A stretch of 64,000 nt of DNA from Cyanobacteria bacterium J06626_4 (GCA_038523235.1 JBCBJQ010000021.1:1-64000), one strand, 5' to 3'; positions 50,218-59,391 are shown, numbered from the stretch's first letter. Notes: generated by a model from the sequence alone, not told the origin. Made by a program: numbers and translations.

Positions 50218-51462
50218 TCAAAACTTAACGGGCAGTCTCACCGTAAAAGTGGTGCCCACGTCTACCTTGCTGCTGACCTCAATGGTGCCATCGTGCAGAT
50301 CGACAAACTGCTTGACGATGCTTAACCCCAGCCCCGTCCCCGGAATGTTGCTGACGTTGCGACCCCGCTGAAACGGTTCAAACAGATCGCGCCGATCGGC
50401 AAGCGGAATCCCCACCCCTTCATCTTGCACCTTCAAAATAACTTGCTGTCGGCGCTTGGTGAGCTTCAGCCAAATCGCTTTGTCATCCAGCGTGTAACGC
50501 ATCGCATTCGAGAGCAGATTGCTGATGATCGATCGCAGCAGCCGTTCATCGCCTTGAACCATAATTTGACGGCTCCGGCAAACCAGTTGAATCGAGGCCT
50601 GGGGTCGATAGTATTCCGGCTCGGCCAGCAAGCTCTGGCAAAAGCTCACCAGTTCAACTGGGGTGGGGGCAATCTCCAATACCTTGGCTTCGATTTTGCC
50701 AATTACCAAGATGTCATCGATCATCTGGGTCATGCGTTCCACGTTTTCGTTAATGGCGCAAAGGTAATCGGCTTTTTCAGTGGGGGTGAGCTTTTTGTCG
50801 TAGCGATTTAGCGACGTCACCGAGAGTGCAATGTTGTTGAGGGGATTGCGAAACTCGTGGCAGACCATCGAGACAAAGCGCGATCGCAGCTCACTCAGTT
50901 CTCGCAGTTGCTGATTGGCTTGGCGCAGCTTGGCCGTGCGGGCCTGCACCTTAAGTTCCAGTTCCTCGTTGTGGCGCTGTAGCACCGTCTCTGCCCACCG
51001 CCGCTGGGTAATATCTTGAAACGTCACGACAGCACCGACCAATTGCCCGGCCTCATCGCGCATGGGGGTGCTGATATATTCCACCGGAAAACTCGTGCCG
51101 TCTTTACGCCAAAACACCTCATCAGTGACGCGTCGTGTACTGCCATCTTGAAAGGCGGCGTAAATTGCACAGGCTTCACGCGGGTAGACACTGCCATCCG
51201 CATGGGAATGATGCAGCACTTTATGCATTGATTTGCCAATCAGCTCCTCAACGGGCCAATCGATCATGGCGGCTGCCGCCGGATTCACAAAGGTGACATT
51301 ACCGGCTAGATCGAGACCATACACACCTTCTCCCACCGCGTTCAAAATCAGCTGCTGCTGCCGCCGCAGCTGCTCTAAGGCTTGCACAACGGGTTCCTGA
51401 GATGGCAAGCGAGGCGAATCAGACAAATCAACAGCAGCCGATAGCCAAGGAGGAGAGGTCAT
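50218..51462 (-). CDS. Cytoplasmic PAS-domain sensor histidine kinase
   Basis: PAS/PAC (FVNPAA...FWRKDG...FQDIT), coiled coil, H-box VCHEFRNPL, NLLSNA, DEGVGI, GTGLGL; no TM segment. Confidence 0.92.
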   Translation of the reverse strand: MTSPPWLSAAVDLSDSPRLPSQEPVVQALEQLRRQQQLILNAVGEGVYGLDLAGNVTFVNPAAAAMIDWPVEELIGKSMHKVLHHSHADGSVYPREACAIYAAFQDGSTRRVTDEVFWRKDGTSFPVEYISTPMRDEAGQLVGAVVTFQDITQRRWAETVLQRHNEELELKVQARTAKLRQANQQLRELSELRSRFVSMVCHEFRNPLNNIALSVTSLNRYDKKLTPTEKADYLCAINENVERMTQMIDDILVIGKIEAKVLEIAPTPVELVSFCQSLLAEPEYYRPQASIQLVCRSRQIMVQGDERLLRSIISNLLSNAMRYTLDDKAIWLKLTKRRQQVILKVQDEGVGIPLADRRDLFEPFQRGRNVSNIPGTGLGLSIVKQFVDLHDGTIEVSSKVDVGTTFTVRLPVKF

Positions 51463-51922
51463 GCCTGAGGTCAAAAAAGAAGTTTGCAGATCATCGTGCG
51501 AGTAGACAGCGGTACTCTTGCAGCCATCCTGACCGCTGGTTCAGAGACCGGCAAGTTAGGGGGCAGAGAACTGGCCGGGTCGCGTGAATGCGCCCAGGGC
51601 AGCCCGACCCCGACCGCAGAGTTGCTCGCGGCGGAAAGGAATTTCCCGCCGACAAAGTGTAATGAAAGGCACCACAGCCTAACGACTGAACCCCTATGAA
51701 AGAAGAGCGCTGAAGAACAGCAAGACCCAGTCAAAAAGATGTTGCCCAGCTAACAGCTTTCGTGATTTCAGGAAACTGTCAGGTTCAAGTGTGAACAAGA
51801 GCAGGCCATCCGTCAACGTAGAAATCGATCCGTTTATTGGGGTTTCACCCTTTAGAGTCGTCGAACTTCAACGGGTTCTGGGCATGAATTAAGCGGCCTA
51901 AAAGAGGTGTTTGAAAGTCATC

Positions 51923-52732
51923 ATGAAAACCGTACTCGTGATCGAGGATGAGGTGCAGACTCGCAACATTTTCCTCAAATGTTTGGCGTTTGAAGGGTTT
52001 CGCGCCTGTGGTGCTCGCAACGGTTCAGAGGGGGTCAAAATGGCCACTGCTGACCAGCCTGATCTGGTGGTTTGTGACATCATGATGCCCGATATGGATG
52101 GCTATTCAGTGCTTAATCAGCTGCGGAGATCGCCCATCACGGCAATGATTCCGCTGATCTTTTTGACGGCTAAAGTTACCATGGCCGAGCTGCGGTGCGG
52201 TATGGCGCTGGGGGCCGATGATTATTTAACGAAACCCTGTACGGTCGAGCAGTTTTTATCTGCGATCGCGGCGCGGCTGCAACGCCAAGAGCAGCTGCAA
52301 CAGGGCTTTGATCAGGCGCAAATCGCTGGTCAGTCGACGGCCTCAACGATTGCTGAGGCGACGTGCTTAGCCCCTGTTAGAGACGGCATTTTCCCTGACT
52401 GTGCGAAGCTCGCCGGGGTGTTTGAGTTTATTGAAACGCACTTTCGCGAAGCGGTTAATCTGAGCGATGTGGCCCAAACGATGGGGTATTCGCCAGCCTA
52501 TCTAACCCATTTGGTGCAGGCTCAAACGGGTCACAGTATTAAGCGCTGGGTGATTGAACGGCGCATGGCGGAAGCCCGGCAACTGCTGCGATCGACCTCC
52601 GCGTCAATCAAACAAATTGCTGAACGTTCAGGCTATGGTGACGCCGGTTATTTCACCCGACAGTTTCGCCAATGCCACGGTGTTTCACCGCAAAATTGGC
52701 GGCAGCAGGCCGCCGCTGGCTTAACTCAATAA
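51923..52732 (+). CDS. Two-component response regulator with a C-terminal AraC-type HTH
   Basis: REC domain (VIEDE, VCDIMMP, FLTA, TKP) plus AraC domain (YSPAYL...IAERSGYGDAGYFTRQFRQ.HGVSP). Confidence 0.92.
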   Translation: MKTVLVIEDEVQTRNIFLKCLAFEGFRACGARNGSEGVKMATADQPDLVVCDIMMPDMDGYSVLNQLRRSPITAMIPLIFLTAKVTMAELRCGMALGADDYLTKPCTVEQFLSAIAARLQRQEQLQQGFDQAQIAGQSTASTIAEATCLAPVRDGIFPDCAKLAGVFEFIETHFREAVNLSDVAQTMGYSPAYLTHLVQAQTGHSIKRWVIERRMAEARQLLRSTSASIKQIAERSGYGDAGYFTRQFRQCHGVSPQNWRQQAAAGLTQ

Positions 52733-52961
52733 CTTATGCGTCACTTGCGATCTCAGTGAGGGCAAGAATTAGCCCTGCCCTCATCTCTCTAGAAGCGTAA
52801 GTTACTGTTAGCGGTTCGCCGTTTTAAACTCTGGTGCTGGGGATATTTTGAGGCCCTCTCAAGAGCAGAATGTGAGCGGCTGAGATTCGTTTTTTGAGCT
52901 GTGCGCTAACTCTGAGGTCGCTGAATATTGCGCTTACGCGATGGCATCAACGGGCAGTTTC

Positions 52962-52977
52962 TGTAGCGGAATTAACA
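52962..52977. promoter_or_regulatory. Near-consensus NtcA site upstream of cynA
   Basis: TGTA-GCGGAATT-AACA (one mismatch to TGTA-N8-TACA). Confidence 0.4.
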
Positions 52978-53147
52978 AATCAAAGCCTGATTTTTGCGAT
53001 TGAAATAAGTCCCCTAAAAAGTCCTATTTTTGCCAAAAATTCTCCAATGACCTTCTCGTCAAGGGTTGATAGAGTCTCTAACTATATCGAGGCCCACTCA
53101 GTCACTGCTTAGGCTTTTGTGGCGTTTGGGTCGTTTGTTTCAGGTGG

Positions 53148-54803
53148 ATGATCGCTATGGTTTTAACTTCAGCAGCGCAAGCTTTCCAGAATTGGAATGG
53201 GCCTGGCAGCAGTTTTGGCAAACTCTCTAATCTGCCATCCCTCTGTGACGTTTGTGGGGGGCAGCATAACAGCATGGCCCATTGGGAGTTTATGCAGTCG
53301 ATGCCCGCCGATCCGGTTGATCTGGTGGACGACCTGGCCAAAATGGGGCTGTTCAAAGAGAATCAGTTGCGGGCAGCGGATGCAGTGAACGCTCGCGAGT
53401 TGAGAAAAACCCTCTTTTTGAAACGGGTCGGGCGGGGCGATCCCAAGCGCGAAAGGCTGATTTTAGAGCTATGTCGGCAGGCCGGTGGCTTAGATAATGC
53501 CTTTGCCGCCGCTTTTGGTCCCCAAGCCGGGCGCTTTTTTGGCGATTCGATTCGCAATGGGGAGACCAGCCGTCGCGAATTTTTACGCAACATGGCGGTG
53601 GGGGCGGCTTTAGTCACTTTGGCTGGCTGTGCCAGTGGCGGGGGTGAACCGGCAGCTGACGAAGATGGCCCTGATGCACCAGTCGATGTCGAAGGGCTGG
53701 AAAAAACCGATCTGCAGATTGGGTTTATTCCCATTACCTGTGCCACGCCCATCATCATGTCAGAGCCCTTGGGCTTTTATGAAAAGTATGGCCTCACCGC
53801 TAAAGTCGTGAAGATGCCTAGCTGGGGCGCGGTGCGCGATTCGGCGATCGCGGGTGAACTCGATGCTTATCACATGCTGGCCCCCATGCCAATTGCCATG
53901 ACCTTGGGGCTCGGCTCTGCGCCCTTTGGCGTCAAGCTGGCCAGTATTGAAAACATCAACGGTCAGGCCATTACCGTGGCCGAGCGCCACAAAGGCAAAG
54001 TCAACGGCCCCGCCGACTTCAAAGGATTCACGATGGGGGTACCGTTCCCCTATTCCATGCACAACCTGCTGTTGCGCTACTACCTAGCGACCGGCGGTAT
54101 CGACCCTGATGTGGATGTGCAGATTCGTCCGGTACCGCCGCCTGACAGCATTGCGCAGCTGATTGCCGGTGACATTGACGCCTACCTGATGCCTGATCCA
54201 TTCAACCAGCGGGCCGTGTTCGAAGGGGCCGGTTTCATTCATATGCTGACGAAGGATTTGTGGCCGGGTCACCCGTGCTGTGCCTTTGCCGCCAGCGACC
54301 AGTGGATTAACGATCATCCCAGTACCTTCCGTGCCCTCAACAAATCCATCATTGAGGCAGCCGGCTACGCCAGCGATCCGGCTAATCGCATCGAGATTGC
54401 TGAGGCGATCTCTGAGCGGGCCTTTTTGAACCAACCGGTTGAAGTGGTGCAAGCGGTACTGACCGGCGATTTTGATGACGGCAACGGCAACACGCTCAGC
54501 ATTCCTGATCGCATTGATTTTGACCCCTACCCATGGCAGAGCTTCGCCAACTGGATCTCGTCGCAGCTGGTGCGCTGGGATCTGCAGGGCGACGGGTTAG
54601 CGCCGAAGGCGATTCCAGAGCAGGGCTATGACACTGTCGGCAAAGACGTATTCTTGACCGACCTGGCCCGTGAGTTGTCCGAAGAGCTGGGTCAGAATCC
54701 CCCGTCCGACATTTATCGGACTGAGGAACTGATGTTTGACACCTTTGATCCGGCGGATCCGGACACCTATGTGCAGCAGCAAATTGATGAGTATGGCGTC
54801 TAG
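53148..54803 (+). CDS. cynA: Cyanate ABC transporter substrate-binding lipoprotein (CmpA/NrtA family) with a long N-terminal extension; start uncertain
   Basis: IGFIPITCATP, YHMLAPMP, ENINGQAIT, GHPCCAF; internal Tat signal and lipobox SRREFL...LAGC; in an operon with cynS. Confidence 0.85.
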   Translation: MIAMVLTSAAQAFQNWNGPGSSFGKLSNLPSLCDVCGGQHNSMAHWEFMQSMPADPVDLVDDLAKMGLFKENQLRAADAVNARELRKTLFLKRVGRGDPKRERLILELCRQAGGLDNAFAAAFGPQAGRFFGDSIRNGETSRREFLRNMAVGAALVTLAGCASGGGEPAADEDGPDAPVDVEGLEKTDLQIGFIPITCATPIIMSEPLGFYEKYGLTAKVVKMPSWGAVRDSAIAGELDAYHMLAPMPIAMTLGLGSAPFGVKLASIENINGQAITVAERHKGKVNGPADFKGFTMGVPFPYSMHNLLLRYYLATGGIDPDVDVQIRPVPPPDSIAQLIAGDIDAYLMPDPFNQRAVFEGAGFIHMLTKDLWPGHPCCAFAASDQWINDHPSTFRALNKSIIEAAGYASDPANRIEIAEAISERAFLNQPVEVVQAVLTGDFDDGNGNTLSIPDRIDFDPYPWQSFANWISSQLVRWDLQGDGLAPKAIPEQGYDTVGKDVFLTDLARELSEELGQNPPSDIYRTEELMFDTFDPADPDTYVQQQIDEYGV

Positions 54804-54831
54804 AGAGCGTCGTTAGGAGGAGGTTTTTCTG

Positions 54832-55671
54832 ATGGCTGTGAGCAAGTCCCCAACTAAACCGTTTTATGGAGGAGAATCCGAATCACTTTATCTGAACGAA
54901 AACGTTCGCGCCTTTTTACTGTTTGTGGGTTCACTCATCGCGTTTCTGCTGGTGTGGGAACTGGGCGCGCGGGCTGAGCTGTTTGCTAAGGGCTTTCCCA
55001 CCGCGTTGACAACGATTAAGGAGCTGCGGTGGTGGCTGACGCATCCGTTTTTTAATAACGGCCCCAACGATTTAGGCATTGGGTGGAATCTGTTGATTAG
55101 CCTAAGGCGGGTGGCGATTGGCTACACGCTGGCTTCCCTCATCGCTGTACCTTTGGGCATTTTGATTGGCATTTCGGCGATCGCCCAAAAGGCGTTTAAC
55201 CCCTACATTCAGCTGCTGAAACCGGTGTCACCGCTAGCCTGGCTGCCCTTGGGTCTCTATATTTTTCGAGATTCTGAAAAAACCGGGGTGTTCATCATCT
55301 TAATTTCGAGCATTTGGCCCACCCTGATTAATACCGCCTTTGGGGTGGCCAACGTAGGTAAGGAGTATCTGGATGTCGCCGAAACCCTCGGGGCGTCACG
55401 GCTCCGCACCATTTTTAAGGTGATCATTCCAGCGGCGCTACCCAACATCGTGTCGGGCTTGCGCATCAGCATGGGCATTGCCTGGTTGGTGATTGTGGCA
55501 GCGGAGATGCTGTTGGGTACCGGGTTGGGCTACTTCATCTGGAATGAGTGGAACAACTTGTACATGCCCAATATCTTGGTGGCCATTTTCATCATTGGCC
55601 TAGTGGGGTTGATTTTAGACAGTGGCTTTGCCGCCTTAGAAAAGTTTGTCGCGTTTGGTAGAAAGTCGTGA
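54832..55671 (+). CDS. cynB: Cyanate ABC transporter permease (NrtB/CmpB family)
   Basis: PFFNNGPNDLGIGW, KPVSPLAWLP, IVAAEML, FIWNEWN. Confidence 0.87.
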   Translation: MAVSKSPTKPFYGGESESLYLNENVRAFLLFVGSLIAFLLVWELGARAELFAKGFPTALTTIKELRWWLTHPFFNNGPNDLGIGWNLLISLRRVAIGYTLASLIAVPLGILIGISAIAQKAFNPYIQLLKPVSPLAWLPLGLYIFRDSEKTGVFIILISSIWPTLINTAFGVANVGKEYLDVAETLGASRLRTIFKVIIPAALPNIVSGLRISMGIAWLVIVAAEMLLGTGLGYFIWNEWNNLYMPNILVAIFIIGLVGLILDSGFAALEKFVAFGRKS

Positions 55672-56564
55672 GTGCTGCTGCTGTGAATCAAGCTATACCC
55701 ATCGATACCTCAGAGACCTTTTCGGACTCAGCTCAGCTATCAGTTCGCCATGTAACCAAGGTCTTTCACGGCCAGAAAGATCTGTTTAGCAAGCTGTCGG
55801 GCAAGGCCTCTACTGACTTTATTGCGATCGAAGACATCAGTCTCGATATTGAGCCCAACACCTTTGTCACCATCATCGGGCCATCGGGCTGCGGCAAATC
55901 GACGCTGCTCGACATGATTGCGGGGCTGTCGCCCACCACCGCTGGTGAGATTTTGCTCAATGGCATCCCCGTCACGGGGCCAGGCCCCGATCGCGGCATG
56001 GTGTTTCAAAACTATGCGCTGATGCCGTGGATGACCGTCGAAGAAAACCTCAAATTTGCGGTAGAGACGGTCTATCCCAAGCTGTCGGCCCAACAGCTGC
56101 AGCGGGTGATCAAAGAGCATATTCAGCTGGTGGGGCTGACCGGGGCGGAACGCAAACATCCTCACGAGATTTCGGGGGGCATGCGGCAGCGCGTCGGCAT
56201 TGCTCGGGCGCTGGCGATTAATCCGCAGATGTTGCTGATGGATGAGCCCTTTGGCGCGTTGGATGCGCTGACGCGAGGCTTTTTGCAGGATGAAATCGAG
56301 CGCATCTGGGAACAGCAGCGCAAGACCGTCATCATGATTACCCACAGCATTGAAGAAGCGCTGCTGCTGTCCGATCGCATTGTGATGATGACGCGCGGCC
56401 CCGCGGCCCGCATCGACGAAATCCTCGACGTACCGTTTCCGCGCCCCCGTAACCGAGAAACGCTGGATCAGCATCCGGCTTATCACAACCTCAAGGCGGA
56501 GATGGAAAGCCATCTGTTTAGGGAAACGCGGGCGGTAGAAGAGGCGAGGATGGCGGGACGGTAG
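55668..56564 (+). CDS. cynD: Cyanate ABC transporter ATP-binding protein (NrtD family)
   Basis: GPSGCGKS, VFQNYALMPW, ISGGMRQR, MDEPFGALDALTR. Confidence 0.87.
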   Translation: MSAAAVNQAIPIDTSETFSDSAQLSVRHVTKVFHGQKDLFSKLSGKASTDFIAIEDISLDIEPNTFVTIIGPSGCGKSTLLDMIAGLSPTTAGEILLNGIPVTGPGPDRGMVFQNYALMPWMTVEENLKFAVETVYPKLSAQQLQRVIKEHIQLVGLTGAERKHPHEISGGMRQRVGIARALAINPQMLLMDEPFGALDALTRGFLQDEIERIWEQQRKTVIMITHSIEEALLLSDRIVMMTRGPAARIDEILDVPFPRPRNRETLDQHPAYHNLKAEMESHLFRETRAVEEARMAGR

Positions 56565-56565
56565 A

Positions 56566-56607
56566 GAGTTTTGAATTCGGAGTTCAGAATTCAGAATTCG
56601 GAATTGG
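56566..56607. repeat. Degenerate heptamer tandem repeat (STRR-like)
   Basis: GAGTTTT GAATTCG GAGTTCA GAATTCA GAATTCG GAATTGG just after the cynD stop. Confidence 0.75.
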
Positions 56608-56625
56608 GAACGGAAGGCGGCTGTA

Positions 56626-56910
56626 GAACCTCACCTATCCTCTCCTTATGAAGGAGAGGGACAAGAAGAAATGGCTCTAAACCTCTCCTTCGCAAGGAGA
56701 GGTGCTGCAGGCGGTGAGGTGCCTCTTAGCCAGCGGCGATCGAACCTCACCTAGCCTCTCCTTCGAAAGGAGAAGAACAAGAGGAAACGGGCCTAAGCCT
56801 CTCCTTCGTAAGGAGAGGTGCCGCAGGCGGTGAGGTGCCTTCTAGCCAGTTGCGATCGAACCTCACCTAGCCTCTCCTTCGAAAGGAGAGGAATCAGAAA
56901 CGGGTCTAAA
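56626..56910. repeat. Tandem array (2.5 units, 116-bp period) of a double-hairpin REP/BIME-like element
   Basis: Units start at 56626, 56742 and 56858; five CCTCTCCTT-N3-AAGGAGA(G/A)G hairpins; complete units are bounded by ACCTCACC / GGTGAGGT. Confidence 0.92.
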
Positions 56911-57003
56911 TTGTCGGCAACAGCCACCAGAGACTGCTGCATCAACGGCGGGCCGTTGCGGATTAAACGGTTTGTAAGTTTTATCGAATCAAAGGACAAG
57001 GAC

Positions 57004-57447
57004 ATGACAATTCCCGAAATTACTGAAAAGTTGTTGGCTGCGAAGAAAGCCTCGGGGCTCTCATTCGCTGACCTAGAAGCCAAGATGGGCTGTGACGAAG
57101 TGTGGATTGCATCGGTGTTTTATCGTCAGGCCAGTGCCTCTAAAGAAGAAGCGACCCAAATGGTCGAGGCGATTGGGGCTGATGCCTCCCTCATTGATGC
57201 CCTGATGGAGTGCCCGGTGAAAGGATCGCTAGATCCTGTCGTACCGACCGATCCGCTGATTTATCGCTTCTACGAAATCATGCAGGTGTACGGCATGCCC
57301 ATTAAAACTGTGGTGCATGAGAAGTTTGGCGACGGCATCATGAGCGCGATCGATTTCACCATTGATGTCGAAAAGGAAGAAGACCCCAAGGGCGATCGCG
57401 TCAAAATCATCATGTGCGGCAAATTCCTGCCCTATAAGAAGTGGTAA
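57004..57447 (+). CDS. cynS: Cyanase (cyanate hydratase)
   Basis: [31 protein letters not shown]; 147 aa from ATG 57004. Confidence 0.97.
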   Translation: MTIPEITEKLLAAKKASGLSFADLEAKMGCDEVWIASVFYRQASASKEEATQMVEAIGADASLIDALMECPVKGSLDPVVPTDPLIYRFYEIMQVYGMPIKTVVHEKFGDGIMSAIDFTIDVEKEEDPKGDRVKIIMCGKFLPYKKW

Positions 57448-57495
57448 TTCACCGCTAACCTTTTACTCACAAACTCATCTGTAGGCAAATTTCCT

Positions 57496-57528
57496 GTGGC
57501 TGCTGGCCGTTCGTTAGCAGCCACTTTC
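57496..57528 (+). terminator. Terminator-like hairpin between cynS and the DUF1348 gene
   Basis: GTGGCTGCT-N11-AGCAGCCAC followed by TTTC. Confidence 0.45.
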
Positions 57529-57529
57529 T

Positions 57530-58021
57530 ATGAGAACTGAACCCATGACAACTGCTGCCAAAAAGTTAGTGCCCCCTTTTGATCGAGACATCGCGATCGC
57601 CAAAGTCCGCATGGCTGAAGATGCCTGGAACAGTCGCGATCCGGACCGCGTCGCGCTGGCCTATACCGAAGATAGTTTTTGGCGTAACCGCGCCGAAGTG
57701 TTTCAAGGTCGAGAGGCGATTCGCGCCTTTTTGCGCCGCAAATGGGATAAAGAACTGGACTATCGCCTGGTCAAAGAAATGTGGGCCTTTGGCGAAAATC
57801 GCATTGCCGTGCGCTTTCAATACGAATGGCACGACGATGCCGAGCAGTGGTATCGTGCCTATGGCAACGAAAATTGGGAATTTGACGAAGGGGGGCTGAT
57901 GCGCCGCCGCGAAGCCAGCATTAACGATCTTCCCATCACTGAGGCTGAACGCCGCTTTCACTGGCCAACCACTGGCCCCCGCCCCGAAGATCATCCCGGC
58001 CTGATCAACTCCCCTGAGTGA
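57530..58021 (+). CDS. DUF1348 / SnoaL-like (NTF2-fold) protein
   Basis: [51 protein letters not shown]. Confidence 0.92.
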   Translation: MRTEPMTTAAKKLVPPFDRDIAIAKVRMAEDAWNSRDPDRVALAYTEDSFWRNRAEVFQGREAIRAFLRRKWDKELDYRLVKEMWAFGENRIAVRFQYEWHDDAEQWYRAYGNENWEFDEGGLMRRREASINDLPITEAERRFHWPTTGPRPEDHPGLINSPE

Positions 58022-58102
58022 TTGCCCCTCTCAATCCAGATTCTGGTACCAGACTGATGATGATGAAGTAACACCAGTTTGGTACTGTATTATGGCAATT
58101 TT

Positions 58103-59086
58103 CTAAGCCACTGAGCCCGCCTGGAAGACCCGCCCAATCACCTCTTCAATCGGCGGGTCGGTTACCGTTAGATCCTGCACCGAGAAATCAGCCAAAACGC
58201 GGGAAACCGTTTCGGTCAGGTCTTGCCGCTGCACGATCAGACTGACCGAGCAGCCTTCTACGCTTTCGACTTCGCCATAATGAGTCAGCTTGGCGGCATC
58301 AGTCGGCGTCGCCAGCTCCACCTTGACTTCCCGATAGGGGGCAAAGCGATCTAGCAGGCCCTCTAACTGACCGTCATAGATCAGTTCCCCCTGGTAGATC
58401 AGTAGCACCCGATCGCACAGGGCCGTGATGTCGGCCATGTAGTGGCTCGTGAGCAAGATGGTGGCCTGATAGCGGCGGTTGTATTCCTTTAAAAATTCGC
58501 GGACAGCGACTTGGGCATTCACATCCAGCCCCAGCGTCGGCTCGTCTAAAAAGAGGACTTTGGGCCGGTGAATTAGGGCCGCCAGCATTTCGGCCTTCAT
58601 CCGTTCACCGAGAGAAAGTTTGCGCACCGGCTGCCGCAGCTGCTCCGTGATGTCGAGCAGGGTGGCCAGCTCTGACACGCGATCGCGAAAGGTGCGATCG
58701 TCCAGGCCATAAATGGCACCGTTGATGCGCAGCGAATCCATCGCGGGCAGATCCCATAGGAGCTGTTGTTTTTGCCCCATCACCAACGTGATCTGCTGCA
58801 AAAAATCAGTCTGCCGTCGCACCGGCACCTGCCCGGCTACCGTCACCTGCCCGCTAGAGGGATAGATCAGCCCGGTGAGCATTTTGAGCGTGGTCGTTTT
58901 GCCCGCTCCGTTTGGCCCCAAAAAGCCCACCACCTCACCCGGTTCGATCTGGAAAGAAACCTTTTTCACCGCTTCGACATAGCGATATTTACGGCGAAAA
59001 AAATGCTTTAACGTGCCCTTAAACCCCGGTTCTTTTAGAGCGATCGGATAGACTTTGTTGAGCGCAGCGACGTCAATAATGGGCAT
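58103..59086 (-). CDS. ABC transporter ATP-binding protein (ABC-2 exporter-like)
   Basis: GPNGAGKT, LSLGERMK, FLDEPTLGLD; partner permeases are not adjacent. Confidence 0.92.
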   Translation of the reverse strand: MPIIDVAALNKVYPIALKEPGFKGTLKHFFRRKYRYVEAVKKVSFQIEPGEVVGFLGPNGAGKTTTLKMLTGLIYPSSGQVTVAGQVPVRRQTDFLQQITLVMGQKQQLLWDLPAMDSLRINGAIYGLDDRTFRDRVSELATLLDITEQLRQPVRKLSLGERMKAEMLAALIHRPKVLFLDEPTLGLDVNAQVAVREFLKEYNRRYQATILLTSHYMADITALCDRVLLIYQGELIYDGQLEGLLDRFAPYREVKVELATPTDAAKLTHYGEVESVEGCSVSLIVQRQDLTETVSRVLADFSVQDLTVTDPPIEEVIGRVFQAGSVA

Positions 59087-59391
59087 CTTGAGTAAGCAAG
59101 CCTCACGGCCAGAAGACACTTCTATTTAACCGTGAGTTTGACCACTTCATCGGGGGTAAGCCCCCATCTCTGCCCTCATGGGGAGAACATGGCCAGCCCC
59201 GCATTATTGAGGATGGTTGATCAGCTCCAGCTAGGAGCGATCGCAGCGCGGATATGAGTTAGTGGCTCAAGCCAATCGATAAAGTGGTCAAATTCTGAAG
59301 TGATCGCTCTCAGAGGTGATATCTAGGCAACAGCAGCGATCGCGTCACCTGCCTATCATGCTTATTCGTGCAATTAGGGAGTCTCAGTGCA

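Noticed and set aside
55740..56513. Long antisense and alternate-frame ORFs here and throughout (e.g. 33549-34157, 47919-48512, 61126-61668)
   Set aside because: They are shadows of well-supported genes in GC-rich DNA and carry no protein motifs
53148..56564. cmpABCD bicarbonate or nrtABCD nitrate transporter
   Set aside because: There is no CmpC/NrtC fused ATPase, and the A-B-D layout followed by cynS fits the cyanate transporter
56626..56910. CRISPR array
   Set aside because: The sequences between hairpins are near-copies of each other rather than unique spacers, their spacing alternates, and there are no cas genes in the window
56818..57003. N-terminal extension of CynS in the ORF track
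   Set aside because: It is read-through of the repeat array; ATG 57004 has an AAGGA RBS and gives a normal-length cyanase
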